Source of the DNA: an uncultured delta proteobacterium
GTDB lineage: Bacteria; Desulfobacterota; Desulfobacteria; Desulfobacterales; Desulfatirhabdiaceae
Direction of reading: 5' to 3'
DNA: 64,000 nucleotides
NCBI GenBank assembly: GCA_963789395.1
Contig: CAWBKP010000007.1
Span: forward strand, 1 to 64,000
Part shown: one piece after another, positions 43,209 through 55,045 of the stretch
Layout of the letters: each line of letters starts with the position of its first letter
How positions within the stretch are numbered: the first letter of the stretch is position 1
Notes under the pieces: generated by a model
What the model was told of the DNA's origin: nothing
Database searches by the model: none
What the model saw: the letters and a program-made list of their open reading frames with translations, nothing else
Program-made: the position numbers and the translations under genes

Positions 43209-43766
43209 ATGACCCTGTCCGTATCTTCAGGCCGAACCGACGGCAAAACCCTGATCCACACAGGCAGGGTGTTTAACGTGTTTCAGGAAATCGTCACGCT
43301 TCCCAATGGTGCAGCAATAAAACTGGACGTGATCCGTCACCCCGGGGCTGCCGCCATTGTCCCGTTGACCCGGAACCAAACCGTGATTATGCTTGAGCAA
43401 TACCGCCATGCCGTCGGTGGGACCATCTGGGAGATTCCGGCGGGGACCCTTGACAGCAAAGAAACGCCGTTGATCTGCGCCCAACGGGAGTTAACCGAAG
43501 AAACCGGATACACGGCGGCCGCCTGGCAGAAGCTTGGTGAAATTACGCCGGTTCCGGGGTATTCCGATGAACGGATTCAGCTTTTTCTGGCAACGGATTT
43601 GACACTTTCCGTTCAGAGCCTGGATCCGGATGAAGTGCTGGACGTTCGGGAAATTGCATTTACAGAGGCGCTTGACATGATTTCAAGGGGAACTATCCAG
43701 GACGCCAAAACCATTTGCGGGCTGTTTATGACCCAAGCCTGGCTGAAGCGGTATTCCCCAGGATAA
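43209..43766 (+). CDS. Nudix hydrolase (ADP-ribose pyrophosphatase NudF-like)
   Basis: HPGAAAI, QYRHA, Nudix box EIPAG...AQRELTEETG, PGYSDE and IQDAKT. Confidence 0.9.
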   Translation: MTLSVSSGRTDGKTLIHTGRVFNVFQEIVTLPNGAAIKLDVIRHPGAAAIVPLTRNQTVIMLEQYRHAVGGTIWEIPAGTLDSKETPLICAQRELTEETGYTAAAWQKLGEITPVPGYSDERIQLFLATDLTLSVQSLDPDEVLDVREIAFTEALDMISRGTIQDAKTICGLFMTQAWLKRYSPG

Positions 43767-43773
43767 TGAATCG

Positions 43774-46056
43774 ATGCCGAAAAACAAGAAACGCGACCAT
43801 CTGAATCTTCTCTGTGATATCGGAGACCTGGCAACCCTTTTGACCGGCAGCAGCAATATCGAAAATTTTCTGCAGCGCACTGCTGTCATGGTTGCCCGGC
43901 ATCTTGAAGCAGAGGTCTGCTCCATCTATCTGTATGATGATCAGTCCCGCGAGCTTGTTTTAAAAGCCACGATCGGCCTCAATCCCGAAGCCGTCAATCG
44001 GATTCGAATGAAACCCGGAGAAGGGCTGGTCGGTTTCACCCTGATCAAACAGCAGCCCATCCGCGAAGGATCCGCCGGCAGAAATCCCCGTTTCAAATAT
44101 TTTGAGGAATCCGGAGAGGACCGGTTTGAAAGTTTTCTATCCGTTCCGATTTCAAGGGGGGTCGAAACCATCGGGGTGCTGGTGGTTCAGCACGAGAAGC
44201 GCGATTATTTTGATGAAGTGGATGTGATGGCACTGAGGGCCGCAGCATCGCAACTGGCAAGCGCCATTGAAAATGCCAGGCTCCTGATGAGCATGAACGC
44301 GCCCAACCCCACGGCAGCAGACACGGCCGTCCTTGAGCAGCTGAAATTCATCCGGGGTGAAAGCGCCGGAAGCGGTTATGCCAGCGCCCCTTCCACGATT
44401 TTCGGAAGAAGTCATGGGTGGCTGCTTTCCGAAGCATCTGAATCCGAATCCGCTTATACGCTGAAGCATTTTTACCGGGCCATTCAATTGACCGTGGATC
44501 AGCTTCAGGAACTTCAGTCCCGTGTTGCCGAACGCCTGCCAGAAAGTGCGTCCCTGATTTTTACGGCCCACTTCATGATCCTGAAGGATGAGCGGTTCAT
44601 TCAGGAGATTCTTGCAAATATTGAAAAGGGAGCGTCTCCGCCCGAGGCAGTCCGGATCGTTGCCCGGCATTACATTGCCCTATTCTCTGCCAGTCCCTAC
44701 ATGTACCTGCGTGAAAAAGTCAACGACATGGAAGACCTGGCCGGACGCATCCTGGCCAATTTCCAGGTCCGGGACATGGAGGCGCCGCTGCAGTGCAAGG
44801 GTCGAATCGTCATTGCACGGGAGTTGTATCCATCCGATATTCTCAAACTGGCTTCCGAGGAGGTTGCCGGAATCATTCTGGTCAGCGGCGGCGTCACCTC
44901 GCATGTTGCGATCCTTGCCAGATCCATGCAGATCCCCCTGATCATTGCCGATCGGCCGGAGCTGCTGACACTTCCGGAAGAAACTCCCCTGCTGATGGAT
45001 GCGGATATCGGCAACATTTATGTGAATCCTTCCGAGAAAGTGATTCGTCAGTTCGAAAACCGGAACCTGGCAAGAACGTCTACTTCTTTGCTGGCCGATG
45101 CCATGACTTCCGCAACCGAAACACGGGACGGCCATCGGATTCATCTCTTGGCCAATATCAACCTGCTGAGTGAACTGGCCCTTGCCAAAGATCTCAAGGC
45201 CGAAGGCGTCGGGCTGTACCGCTCCGAATTCCCGTTTCTGATCCGCAACAATTTCCCCTCGGAACAGGAACAGTACCCGATTTATAAACGCCTGTTCGAC
45301 GAAATGCCGGATAAACCCATCACCATCCGTACCCTGGATGTCGGTGGGGATAAGATTCTGGCCTATTCGGACGCTGCCGGCGAATCCAATCCCGAGCTGG
45401 GACTGAGATCGATCCGGTTTTCCCTGAGAAATCCGGATATTTTTGAACAGCAGATCAAAGCCATATTGCGGGCCGGTGTCGATGCGAAAAGTCCCCGCAT
45501 CATGTTCCCCATGATATCCTCCGTGGATGAATTCCAGACGGCCCGGCGTCTGGTCAAAGACTGCGGAGCTGACTTGCGGCGTCAGGGCCTGCCTCACCAT
45601 CCGGCGCCTGAGATCGGCATGATGATCGAGCTGCCGTCGGTAATGGCAATCATGGATGAACTGGCTGCCGAAGCCGATTTTTTCTCCATCGGCACCAACG
45701 ATTTTGTGCAGTATATGTTGGCAGTTGACCGCACCAACGAAAAAGTTGCCGAATACTATCAGCCCTGGCATCCGTCTGTGCTCAGGAGCCTTGCCAGAAT
45801 CGTCGGTTCCGTGAGTGGCCAGAACAAAGGGATTTCAATCTGCGGTGAAATGGCGCATGAGCCGGAATATATCCCGTTTTTTCTGGGAATCGGGGTTCGA
45901 ATTCTCAGCGTCGATCCGCAGTTTTTGCCTCTGGTTCAGCAGACGATTTGCCGGCTGAATCTTTCGGACGCCAGGTCATATGCGCAGATGCTCTTGTCTG
46001 AATCCACCGTTAAAGGAACCCGCGAGATTATGAACCGGTATTGCGCAGCGCTATGA
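43774..46056 (+). CDS. ptsP: GAF-domain PTS enzyme I (EI-Ntr)
   Basis: N-terminal GAF (CSIYL, GEGLVG), phospho-His TSHVAI, GVGLYRSEF, RTLDVGGDK, SIGTND and ICGEMA. Confidence 0.93.
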   Translation: MPKNKKRDHLNLLCDIGDLATLLTGSSNIENFLQRTAVMVARHLEAEVCSIYLYDDQSRELVLKATIGLNPEAVNRIRMKPGEGLVGFTLIKQQPIREGSAGRNPRFKYFEESGEDRFESFLSVPISRGVETIGVLVVQHEKRDYFDEVDVMALRAAASQLASAIENARLLMSMNAPNPTAADTAVLEQLKFIRGESAGSGYASAPSTIFGRSHGWLLSEASESESAYTLKHFYRAIQLTVDQLQELQSRVAERLPESASLIFTAHFMILKDERFIQEILANIEKGASPPEAVRIVARHYIALFSASPYMYLREKVNDMEDLAGRILANFQVRDMEAPLQCKGRIVIARELYPSDILKLASEEVAGIILVSGGVTSHVAILARSMQIPLIIADRPELLTLPEETPLLMDADIGNIYVNPSEKVIRQFENRNLARTSTSLLADAMTSATETRDGHRIHLLANINLLSELALAKDLKAEGVGLYRSEFPFLIRNNFPSEQEQYPIYKRLFDEMPDKPITIRTLDVGGDKILAYSDAAGESNPELGLRSIRFSLRNPDIFEQQIKAILRAGVDAKSPRIMFPMISSVDEFQTARRLVKDCGADLRRQGLPHHPAPEIGMMIELPSVMAIMDELAAEADFFSIGTNDFVQYMLAVDRTNEKVAEYYQPWHPSVLRSLARIVGSVSGQNKGISICGEMAHEPEYIPFFLGIGVRILSVDPQFLPLVQQTICRLNLSDARSYAQMLLSESTVKGTREIMNRYCAAL

Positions 46057-46150
46057 ACCCCGAATTTTGCAGCGCGCTGCCGGTATAACCGTTTTTTAAA
46101 CGATTTAACCCAACAGATTTTTTAAATCTTTCTGACCATAAGGCATATTT

Positions 46151-49100
46151 ATGTCGCCGATTCCGGATAACAACTTTGTGTTTATGGATAAACAGGGAAA
46201 ACGCTGGCCCAGGCTCCGCCTCTACATGCTGATTTCGGGCATCATTGTTTTCCTGTGTTCCGTAGTGTTCGTACAGTCCCTTTTTGTCATGTCCCAGCTT
46301 CAGCTGCCGCCATCGATCCAGAAATTGAAAGAAAGACTCAAGGTGCTTCAAAAGAAAGAATCGCTCTTTCAGACGCTGACAAAAAAACCGGAATGGCTGG
46401 AATTTTCGCAATCATCCCAGTCCAAGCAAAAGCCGGCAAAGGATAGTGCCAAATCACATGCCAGCATCGGTTTCTTCAAAGAAAATCCGTCTGGGGTTTT
46501 ATGCAGGCTGGGATCCCAACAGTTTGTCGTCGCTTCAATCGCATGCGGATCAACTGACCCATGTGTGCCCGGAATGGCTGACAATGGAAGATGGAACCGG
46601 AACCCTGGTTGCAAAACCAGACCGGATCATTCAGACAATAGCGCAACAAAAAGGGATTATCCTGCTTCCTCTTTTGAACAACCTGACCAAGGACGACTGG
46701 CAGCCGGAAGCAGTTGAAGGGGTTGCCAACGGCCCTGAAGACAGACAGTTCCGCTTTGTTTCGGATTTAATGACGCAACTGGAAACAGCCGGAGCAGGCG
46801 GCGTGGTGATAGACTGGGGTCAGGTGGATCCCACGTATAAGGACAATGTCACCCGGCTGCTTCAAAGAATTGCCGTGTCCCTTCATGCGAAAAAAATGGA
46901 ACTCTGGCTTCGGGTTCCCATGGGACCTGAGTTGAAAGTGTTTGACATCGAGGCGCTTTCTGCAGATGTAGATCGCTTTATCGCCGTCCTTCATGACGAA
47001 AATTCCGAAACGGATCAGCCCGGCCCCATTGCATCCCAGGACTGGTTCGACGGCTGGCTCAATACGGTAATCGCCTATGGAACACCCTCCCAGTGGATTG
47101 TGGAGCTGGGGTTATACGGGTATGACTGGGCAAGCGGCGAGCAGAAAGCGGAGACCATCAGCTTTGCGGATGTCATGACCCGTGCAGGCCGGGCAGGACT
47201 TCAGACCAATGAAGTCAAGTCTCCGGTTTACAATCCCAATTTTTCATATACCGATGCCGGGGTTGAACATTCGGTGTGGTTTCTGGATGTCGCCACGTTT
47301 GCCAATCAACTGAAATCGGCCCTGAACCATGATGTCGGGGGAATTGCCATTTTTCAGCTGGGATCGGAAGACCCGTCCATCTGGACCACGCTCCGGATGA
47401 ATCCATTTGAGATAAACACCGCCTCTCTGACAAAAATCAGCGATCTTAAGTCCAGCGGCGCCACCCAGGTCGGTTCGGGGGAATTTTTGACCATCGAGGA
47501 TACCCGTTCAGACGGCTTTCGAATTCTTCAGACCGATTCTGCTGGAAAAATTACGGAAACATACGAAAAATTTCCCAGCTATCTGACCGTCAGTCATCAG
47601 GGAGAGGGTAAAGACGATGAAGTTGCCATCAGCTTCGATGACGGTCCGGATCCGGAATGGACCCCTCCTTTACTGGACATCCTGAAAGCCAAAGGGGTGA
47701 AAGCCTCTTTTTTTATGGTTGGCTCGCAAATGGAGAAATATCCGCGACTTGTCCAGCGGATTGTTCAGGAAGGACATGAAATCGGGGTTCATACCTATAC
47801 CCATCCCAATCTGGCGCTGGTTTCCGAAGAACGCATAAAAATCGAACTGAACGCCACGCAGCGGCTGCTTGAGACCATTACGGGCCGGTCCACCATCCTG
47901 TTCCGGCCGCCTTACAATGCGGACTCCAGGCCCAGTTCGCCTGCGGAAATCATGCCGCTGAAGCTGGCTCAGGATTTGGGGTATTTGACGGTGACAGAAG
48001 ACATTGATCCGGAAGACTGGGAGACGCCGGGTGTCGAAGTCATTCTGGATCGCGTCAAACAAGCACGGCGGCTGGGCGGTCATATCATTCTGCTTCATGA
48101 TGCCGGCGGAGACCGCATTCAGACGGTTGAATCACTCCCGCTGATTATCGATTATATTCTGGCTCGCGGAGATCAGATTGTTTCGTTGGGCAAGCTTCTG
48201 GGAGAACCTTCCGAAGCCGTGATGCCGATCGTTCGGCCGGATCAGCATCCGGTCACCCGGCTTGTGAGCGGCAGCGGGTTTCGGATATATCATGGCATTG
48301 CAAACTTTTTATGGTCTTTTATGATCGTTGCCACCATCCTGGTTGTTCTGCGTACGATCGCGGTTGCAGCATTTGCCCTGCTGCAGCAACGCCGATCCGC
48401 CGGATTGCCGAAAACCGGCTTCAGTCCTTCTCTTGGCGTTTTAATCGCAGCCTACAATGAGGAGGCTGTCATCGCAAAGACATTGCAGTCTGTTTTGACA
48501 ACAACCTATCCCGGGGATATTTCCGTCTGGGTGGTAGATGACGGCTCCGCGGACAAGACGGCTCAGATTGTTGACATGTTTTCCGGTAATGACCCTCGAG
48601 TGCACCTCATCCGTCAGCCCAACAGAGGCAAGGCGCTGGCGCTCAGAAGGGGCATGGAGTCTGTTACAAGCGACATTGTCGTCATGCTGGATGCGGATAC
48701 CCAGTTTCAGCCCGATACGCTGCTGAGATTGGTTCAACCCCTTCAGGATATGCAAGTGGCTGCCGTGTCCGGACATGCCAAAGTCGGCAATCTCAGAAAA
48801 TTCATTGCCCGCTGCCAGTCCCTGGAATATATTTGCGGATTCAATCTGGATCGCCAGGCATACCACTATCTCAACTGTATCACGGTCGTTCCTGGAGCCA
48901 TCAGCGCCGTTCGAAAAAGCGCCGTGCTTCAGGCAGGCGGCATCAGCACCGATACGCTGGCGGAAGATACGGATATGACGCTCAGTCTGCACCGGCAAGG
49001 ATTTCGGATCGCCTATGTTGCAGATGCCCTGGCGTTTACCGAAGCACCCGAAACCATCGCCACTCTGGCCAAACAGCGTTTTCGCTGGGCGTTTGGAACC

Positions 49101-49493
49101 ATACAGTGCCTGTGGAAGCACCGGGATATGGTTCTAAATCCCCGTTTCAAGGCATTGGGGTGTTTCAGCCTGCCGGGAATCTGGTTTTTTCAGGTGGTCC
49201 TGGTAGCCATTGCGCCGGTAATCGATGCACTGGTCATCGGCTCGCTGCTCCTCGGGAAAAGCAGTCCGTCACTTTATGCGTATTTTGGAATTTTTCTTCT
49301 GATGGATTTTCTTCTGGCAGTAGTCGCCTGCCTGATGGAACATGAGCCGCTGCGTCAGGCATGGCTGACCATTCCCATGCGCTTTGTCTACCGGCCAATG
49401 CTGAGCTGGGTAATATGGAAAGCGCTGATTAAAGCCGCAAAAGGGGCTCTGGTGAGTTGGGGCAAACTGGAACGGACCGCCTCGGTAACATGA
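46151..49493 (+). CDS. GH18-like / CE4 polysaccharide deacetylase / GT2 synthase fusion (frameshift near 46440)
   Basis: N-terminal TM (FMDKQGKRW) and a GH18-like barrel. CE4 motifs FDDGP, HTYTH, RPPY and LLHD. GT2 motifs AYNEE, DDGS, DADT, AED and QRFRW, then C-terminal TMs. Confidence 0.9.
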
Positions 49494-49544
49494 TGATTCA
49501 GATAAATCTGGCTAAAAATTTTTTGTTACATCTGGAAAATTTCT

Positions 49545-50682
49545 GTGATAATGGTGAATCGTCGATTACATTGCGTGATCGGCTTGCTTGCTCTTTTATT
49601 ATTGCTTGCCGGATATACGTTATCTTCCGGCTCTGCGCTTCTTTGGGCAGCCGGCAAGTCCGAGACATCTGTCCAGGAACTGGCGGTTCCGGAAAAAGGG
49701 GCTTACACCGGGGCTTATGTGGATTTTGGTGAAGGCGAGGACAAGGTTACACTGGAAGCCATCCAGAAATTTGAAAAAATGGTGGGGAAACACCAGGCCA
49801 TTATTGCATTCGGGAACTTCTGGGGAGAGCAGCAGTTTTCTTTAAAAAATGTTCAGATTGTTACGCTCTATGGTGCAATTCCTTATATTTTCTGGTCTCC
49901 CTGGGACAAACCTTATTCCGAAGATAATATGCCGGACCGGTTTAACCTGTATAATATTCTCAGCGGCATGTGGGACGCCTATATTGACAAATGGGCGGAA
50001 GATGCCAGAGATTTCGGAAAACCCCTGCTGGTCGCCTGGGGGCTTGAAATGAATGGCACGGGTTTTCCCTGGTCCGCCTATTATTACGGCGGCGGACAAA
50101 AGGATTTGATCAATCAGCCTTCCGATTATCTGGGACCCAGGATTTTCAAACAGGCATACAGATATGTGGTGGATCGCGTCCGTGCCAGGGGCGCCCGAAA
50201 CATTCAATGGGTCTTTCATGTAAACAACTTCCCATATCATTCAGGAGACTGGAATCGCTTTGCCGCTTACTACCCGGGCTCGGATTATGTGGACTGGCTC
50301 GGGATGAGTGTCTATGGCAAGCTGGATAACGATATGGACTGGAATTCGTTTTATGAGGTGTTCAATTCGGCATATCAGGAACTCTGTCATGTGGACCCTT
50401 CAAAACCGCTGATGGTGTCGGAATGGGGGGTGGGGGAATATCCGGCTTTCGGAAACAAAGCAGAATGGATCAAGAAATGCTTTCGAAGACTATAAGGAAC
50501 GATTCCCTCGAATCAAGGCAGCGATTTATTGGCATGAGCGGTGGCAGAACGATGATGGATCCTACAGCAACCTTCGGGTCAATTCTTCACCCGAAGCACT
50601 CAATGCTTTTCGTGAAGGAATTGGAGATGCTTACTGGATCGGCAATCCCCGTTTTCACATCACACGATCAGGCAAACCTTGA
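49545..50682 (+). CDS. GH26-family glycoside hydrolase, copy 1 (frameshift near 50485)
   Basis: Signal peptide, acid/base region WGLEMNG, YYPGSDYVDWLG and nucleophile region SEWG. A shifted frame completes the protein to RSGKP*. Confidence 0.85.
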
Positions 50683-50779
50683 AACAGAGCGCCTGGAGCA
50701 ACCGCGGGTTATGGACACTTATCTTTTCCTACGTCTCCCTTTCCTGCCATGCCGATCAACCTTGACTCTGGACTGACAG

Positions 50780-52003
50780 ATGAAACCCTGTAAAATAATG
50801 AACGGAAAGCAGGTGAAACGCATCAAACACCTGCAGCACATCAACACCCATGCAGGCGTATCAGATTTCAAACACAGCCTGAATTTCATGTGGATATCTT
50901 TCACGACTCTTTTTTTTATCTTGTTCGGAATCGCTATCTGTTCAAATCAGGTTCTCGTTTATGCGGCGGAAAATCAAGCGCCTTTCATTCAGGTTCAGGA
51001 ACTGACTCTTCCGGAAAAAGGGGCGTACACTGGCGCTTATGTGGATTTTGGAGAGGGCGAAGACGATGTGACGCTGGAAGCCATTGAAAGATATGAAAAA
51101 ATGGTGGGAAAACACCAGGCCATTATCGCGCTTGGAAATTTCTGGGGAGAGCAGCAATTCCCCATAAAAAATGTTCATATCATCACCGGTTACGGCGCAG
51201 TTCCTCTGCTTTACTGGTCTCCCTGGGATAAGCCCTATTCGGAAGGGGGTCTTCCGGACCGCTTTAATCTCTATAACATCCTCGACGGTATGTGGGATGC
51301 CTACATCGATAAATGGGCGGAAGATGCCAGGGATTTCGGAAAACCCCTGCTGGTTGCCTGGGGGATTGAAATGAATGGAACCTGGTTTCCCTGGTCGGGA
51401 TATTATTACGGCGGCGGGCAAACTGATTTTTTAAATCCTCCTCCAGAATATCTGGGGCCAAAGCTTTTCAAACAGGCCTACCGGTATGTGGTGGATCGGG
51501 TCCGTGCAAAAGGTGCCCATAATATCCGGTGGGTCTTTCATGTAAACAACTATTCCCATCCGACTGTGGATTGGAACCGCTTCGCTTCGTATTACCCGGG
51601 ATCAAATTATGTGGACTGGCTGGGGCTGAGTGTCTATGGCAAGCTTGATAAATTTATGGGCTGGGGCTCGTTTTATGACGTTTGCAATAAGGCATACCAG
51701 GAAATCTGCAAAATTGACCCTTCAAAACCCTTGATGGCTGCGGAATGGGGCGTGGGGGAATTTCCGGCTTCCGGAAACAAGGCGGAATGGCTGAGGAAGG
51801 CTTTCAAGGATTTCAAGGAACGGTTCCCGCGGATAAAAGCAGCGGTTTACTGGCACGAACGGTGGCAGAATGCCGATGAATCTTACAGCAACCTCCGGGT
51901 AAACTCTTCACCTGAAGCCCTCAGCGCTTTTCGAGAAGGCATGGATGATGCCTACTGGATCGGCAAACCCCGTTTTCAAAGCAAAGGATCAAATAAACCC
52001 TGA
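50780..52003 (+). CDS. GH26-family glycoside hydrolase, copy 2 (true start probably near 50888)
   Basis: WGIEMNG, YYPGSNYVDWLG, AEWG and RFPRIKAAVYW; a close paralog of copy 1. Confidence 0.88.
   Translation: MKPCKIMNGKQVKRIKHLQHINTHAGVSDFKHSLNFMWISFTTLFFILFGIAICSNQVLVYAAENQAPFIQVQELTLPEKGAYTGAYVDFGEGEDDVTLEAIERYEKMVGKHQAIIALGNFWGEQQFPIKNVHIITGYGAVPLLYWSPWDKPYSEGGLPDRFNLYNILDGMWDAYIDKWAEDARDFGKPLLVAWGIEMNGTWFPWSGYYYGGGQTDFLNPPPEYLGPKLFKQAYRYVVDRVRAKGAHNIRWVFHVNNYSHPTVDWNRFASYYPGSNYVDWLGLSVYGKLDKFMGWGSFYDVCNKAYQEICKIDPSKPLMAAEWGVGEFPASGNKAEWLRKAFKDFKERFPRIKAAVYWHERWQNADESYSNLRVNSSPEALSAFREGMDDAYWIGKPRFQSKGSNKP
51922..51987 (+). repeat. 66-bp direct repeat, left copy (3' end of GH26 copy 2)
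   Basis: CAGCGCTTTTCGAGAAGGCATGGATGATGCCTACTGGATCGGCAAACCCCGTTTTCAAAGCAAAGG is identical to 60595-60660. Confidence 0.95.
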
Positions 52004-52059
52004 AACGATAGTCGTTCGCCCCTCCGTTATCTATTCAAATTGTAATCGTTCAGTGCACT

Positions 52060-53703
52060 ATGCGAAAAACCAATTCCTTTCAAAGGATAATGATGATTGT
52101 TGTTTCGATGACATTCCGATTCTTGATTGCCTTTTTATGTTCATTTCTGCTGCTTTCGGGGGTGAATGCGAAGGCTGAAACCCCAAAACCGGGCTTTGTT
52201 GTTCACTTTGACTTCATCAAAAATGCATCAGAAGGATGCGCTTTGGTGGATATTGCCACGCGGGCTGGGGCCAAGGTCATCAATCTTGTTCCTCCGGCCC
52301 ATGTGTGGGAGGATCCGGTTTCTCTTGCCGCGCTGGATGCGATCATAAATGAGATCAATCACCGGGGCCTGAGTCTTATCTTCACCCGGATAGATGCCGC
52401 AAAATTGCCGGATCGCAGCGGCAACCGTCCCTACTACCTCTACGACAGGATACTGAACGAGCCCGGCAGACTGCCTGACGGCAAGGCAACGGCCGAATAT
52501 TTTCGCTCCACGGTCGGCAAAGTCGGTTATGCCGAGTGGATGGAGGAAGAGACCCGGTATTACGCCAGGCACTATGGCGGGACTCCCGAATCTTATCGGG
52601 ATCAATCTGGGGCCTTTCAGCGAACCCTTCAGCGCCGAACGGTGCGGGTTCCTGGAATATGTGGAGGAAACCCGGACTTACGAAATTACCCAATATACCC
52701 GGTTTGCAGAGAAATGGTGGCATGACTGGCTTGCAGCGCATTATAATGATGTTTCTACGTTGAGCCGCGAATACGGCACTGAATTTGCTTCCTTCGATGT
52801 GGTTCCCCTGCCGTTGAATGAAAAAGACCGGCGCTTTGAAAGAGCGGATCTGGCATATTTTGACTTTGCCCGCTCTCTCAACGACTGGTATGTCGAGCGC
52901 TACATGCGCTGCCGTTCGATCTGGCATGAGGTCAGCCATAGGGCCGATGTTCCGTTTATTCTCCAGCTCAACGGCCTTTTTGCGGAAAAAATTGTCATGG
53001 GGCGTCCCGGCCATGCCGCCTTTGATGTGCCAGGTTGGATCGCCATGGCCGATGCGCTTGGGATATCACTGTATACCCACAGCGGGTATCCGGATATGGG
53101 GCACCAGTCCATTCTTGCCACGGTGAATCTTCTGGCCATGACAGGGGATATGGGAAAATCTGTTTTTGTTCTTGAGGGCGGAAACGAAGCTCCCAACGTG
53201 ACTCTGGATCCCGTGGAACTGGCGTTTTTTGGCTCGGTCGCCGGAAAGCTGGCGCCGCAAACCTATATCTATGAGTTTCTGAAAGACAAATTCAATGAAA
53301 AATACGCTCAAAATCCCGGCAAAGTGGTGACCGCCGATGGGCGCATCCGGCCAAAGGCCTTCAACGCTCTGCAAAAACTCTTCACGGACATCGAATCGCA
53401 TTCCGTCATTGCCGGAAACGCCTGCGCTCTATGCTTGCTTTGACTCGTTGTCTGCACGGGGCAACGCCCAGGCGGGCATCCGCTATGCCGCCCTGTTTGA
53501 CCTGGCCGCATTCATACCGATCCGCTGGATTCCAAAGGGTCATGAATCGCTCATGCGGCCGGGCATTCCGGTCCTGAATCCCGACGGAACGGTATCTCCC
53601 GTCAACGATGCGCTTTCCCGTCTCATGTCCGGCGTTCCAGGAATTAGATTCAGAGGAACGCACAGGCTGGCGCCAGGACGTTCTGAAAGCAATTGGCCGA
53701 TGA
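52060..53703 (+). CDS. Exported hypothetical protein, possibly a GH42/clan-A-like barrel (several frameshifts)
   Basis: Signal peptide; three or four overlapping ORFs join. The segment WHDWLAAHYNDVSTLSREYGTEFASFDVVPLP resembles the beta-galactosidase WL..KY....LN..WGT.F..F..I..P segment. Confidence 0.5.
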
Positions 53704-53718
53704 TGCCCAAAAAAAATC

Positions 53719-54916
53719 ATGGCAATGAATGATCCGATCAAAACGGCAGTCATTTTCGGAACCCGGCCCGAGGCGATCAAGCTTGCGCCGCTGATCCGAA
53801 GGATGGCCGATAAACCCGATCGGTTTCAGCCTATCACGATCGTTACGGCGCAGCACCGCGAGATGCTGGATCAGGTTCTGGAGCTTTTTTCCATTAAGCC
53901 GGATCACGATCTGAGTATCCTTCGTCCGCGGCAGACCCTTGCGGAGATCACGGCCAGCGCCATTGCCGGGCTGGACAGCATTCTATCGAAAGAAAAACCG
54001 GATTTTGTGGTGGTTCAGGGCGACACGACCACGACCTTCGTGGGCGCTCTTTCCGCCTTTTATCACAAGATACCGGTGGCCCACGTGGAAGCGGGCCTGA
54101 GAACGCAGGACAAGACCAACCCTTTCCCCGAGGAAATTAACCGCCGAATGACTTCGGTGATTGCCGACGCGCATTTCGCACCCACGGAAAAGGCGTGTCA
54201 GAACCTTTTGGCGGAAGGGATCGGCCGGGATCGCATCTGGCTGACCGGCAATACGGTTATCGATGCATTAAAGGATGTGGCGGGTTGGAACCGCAAATGC
54301 GATCATCCCGTGCTTAAGCGCGTAGCAGCCGAAAAGCTGCGCATGCTGTTTGTCACATCCCATCGCAGGGAAAACCAGGGAGAGCCCCAGGAAGAGATCT
54401 GTCGCGCGCTGATAGAACTGGTCAAGACTTTCAGGGATATTCTGGTGGTCTTTCCGGTTCATCTGAGTCCGGCGGTCCGGGATACGGTGCTTCCCCGGCT
54501 GCAAGGATCAGGATCGGATTGTGCTGCTGGATCCGATCGACTATCTGGAAACCATCCACTTCATGAAGAATTCGTATCTGGTTTTGACGGATTCCGGCGG
54601 CATTCAGGAAGAAGCGCCGGGGCTCGGCAAACCCGTTCTGGTCCTGCGCACCACAACGGAAAGGCCGGAAGGCATCCTGGCAGGAACCGCCCGGCTGGTC
54701 GGGACAAATGCCGCCCGGATCGTGGAAGAAGCTTCGAACCTTCTTTGCAGTCCGGAGTCTTATCGAAAGATGTCGCATGCCGCAAACCCTTATGGGGATG
54801 GCCTGGCCTGCGAGCGGATTCTCCAGGTTCTGGAGCATCTTGCCGGGCGTGCAGGCGGCCCGGAGCCATTTACCGGTATCTTGAAAAAATATTGTTCGGA
54901 ATCCGGCTTTTTCTGA
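53719..54916 (+). CDS. wecB: UDP-N-acetylglucosamine 2-epimerase, non-hydrolysing (frameshift near 54510)
   Basis: FGTRPEAIK, QGDTTT, HVEAGLR, PFPEEINR, HRREN, TDSGGIQEEAP and NPYGDG. Confidence 0.93.
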
Positions 54917-55045
54917 TTTTCCAATGGACTGTTTTTTCAAGAATGATTATTATAAAAATTTTGTAATGGGTGCTGATGGCATTTCCAACCGATAACATCC
55001 TTATCCCATTTTGATGAAAAGTCCCGCTATCGATAAAGAGAAAAT

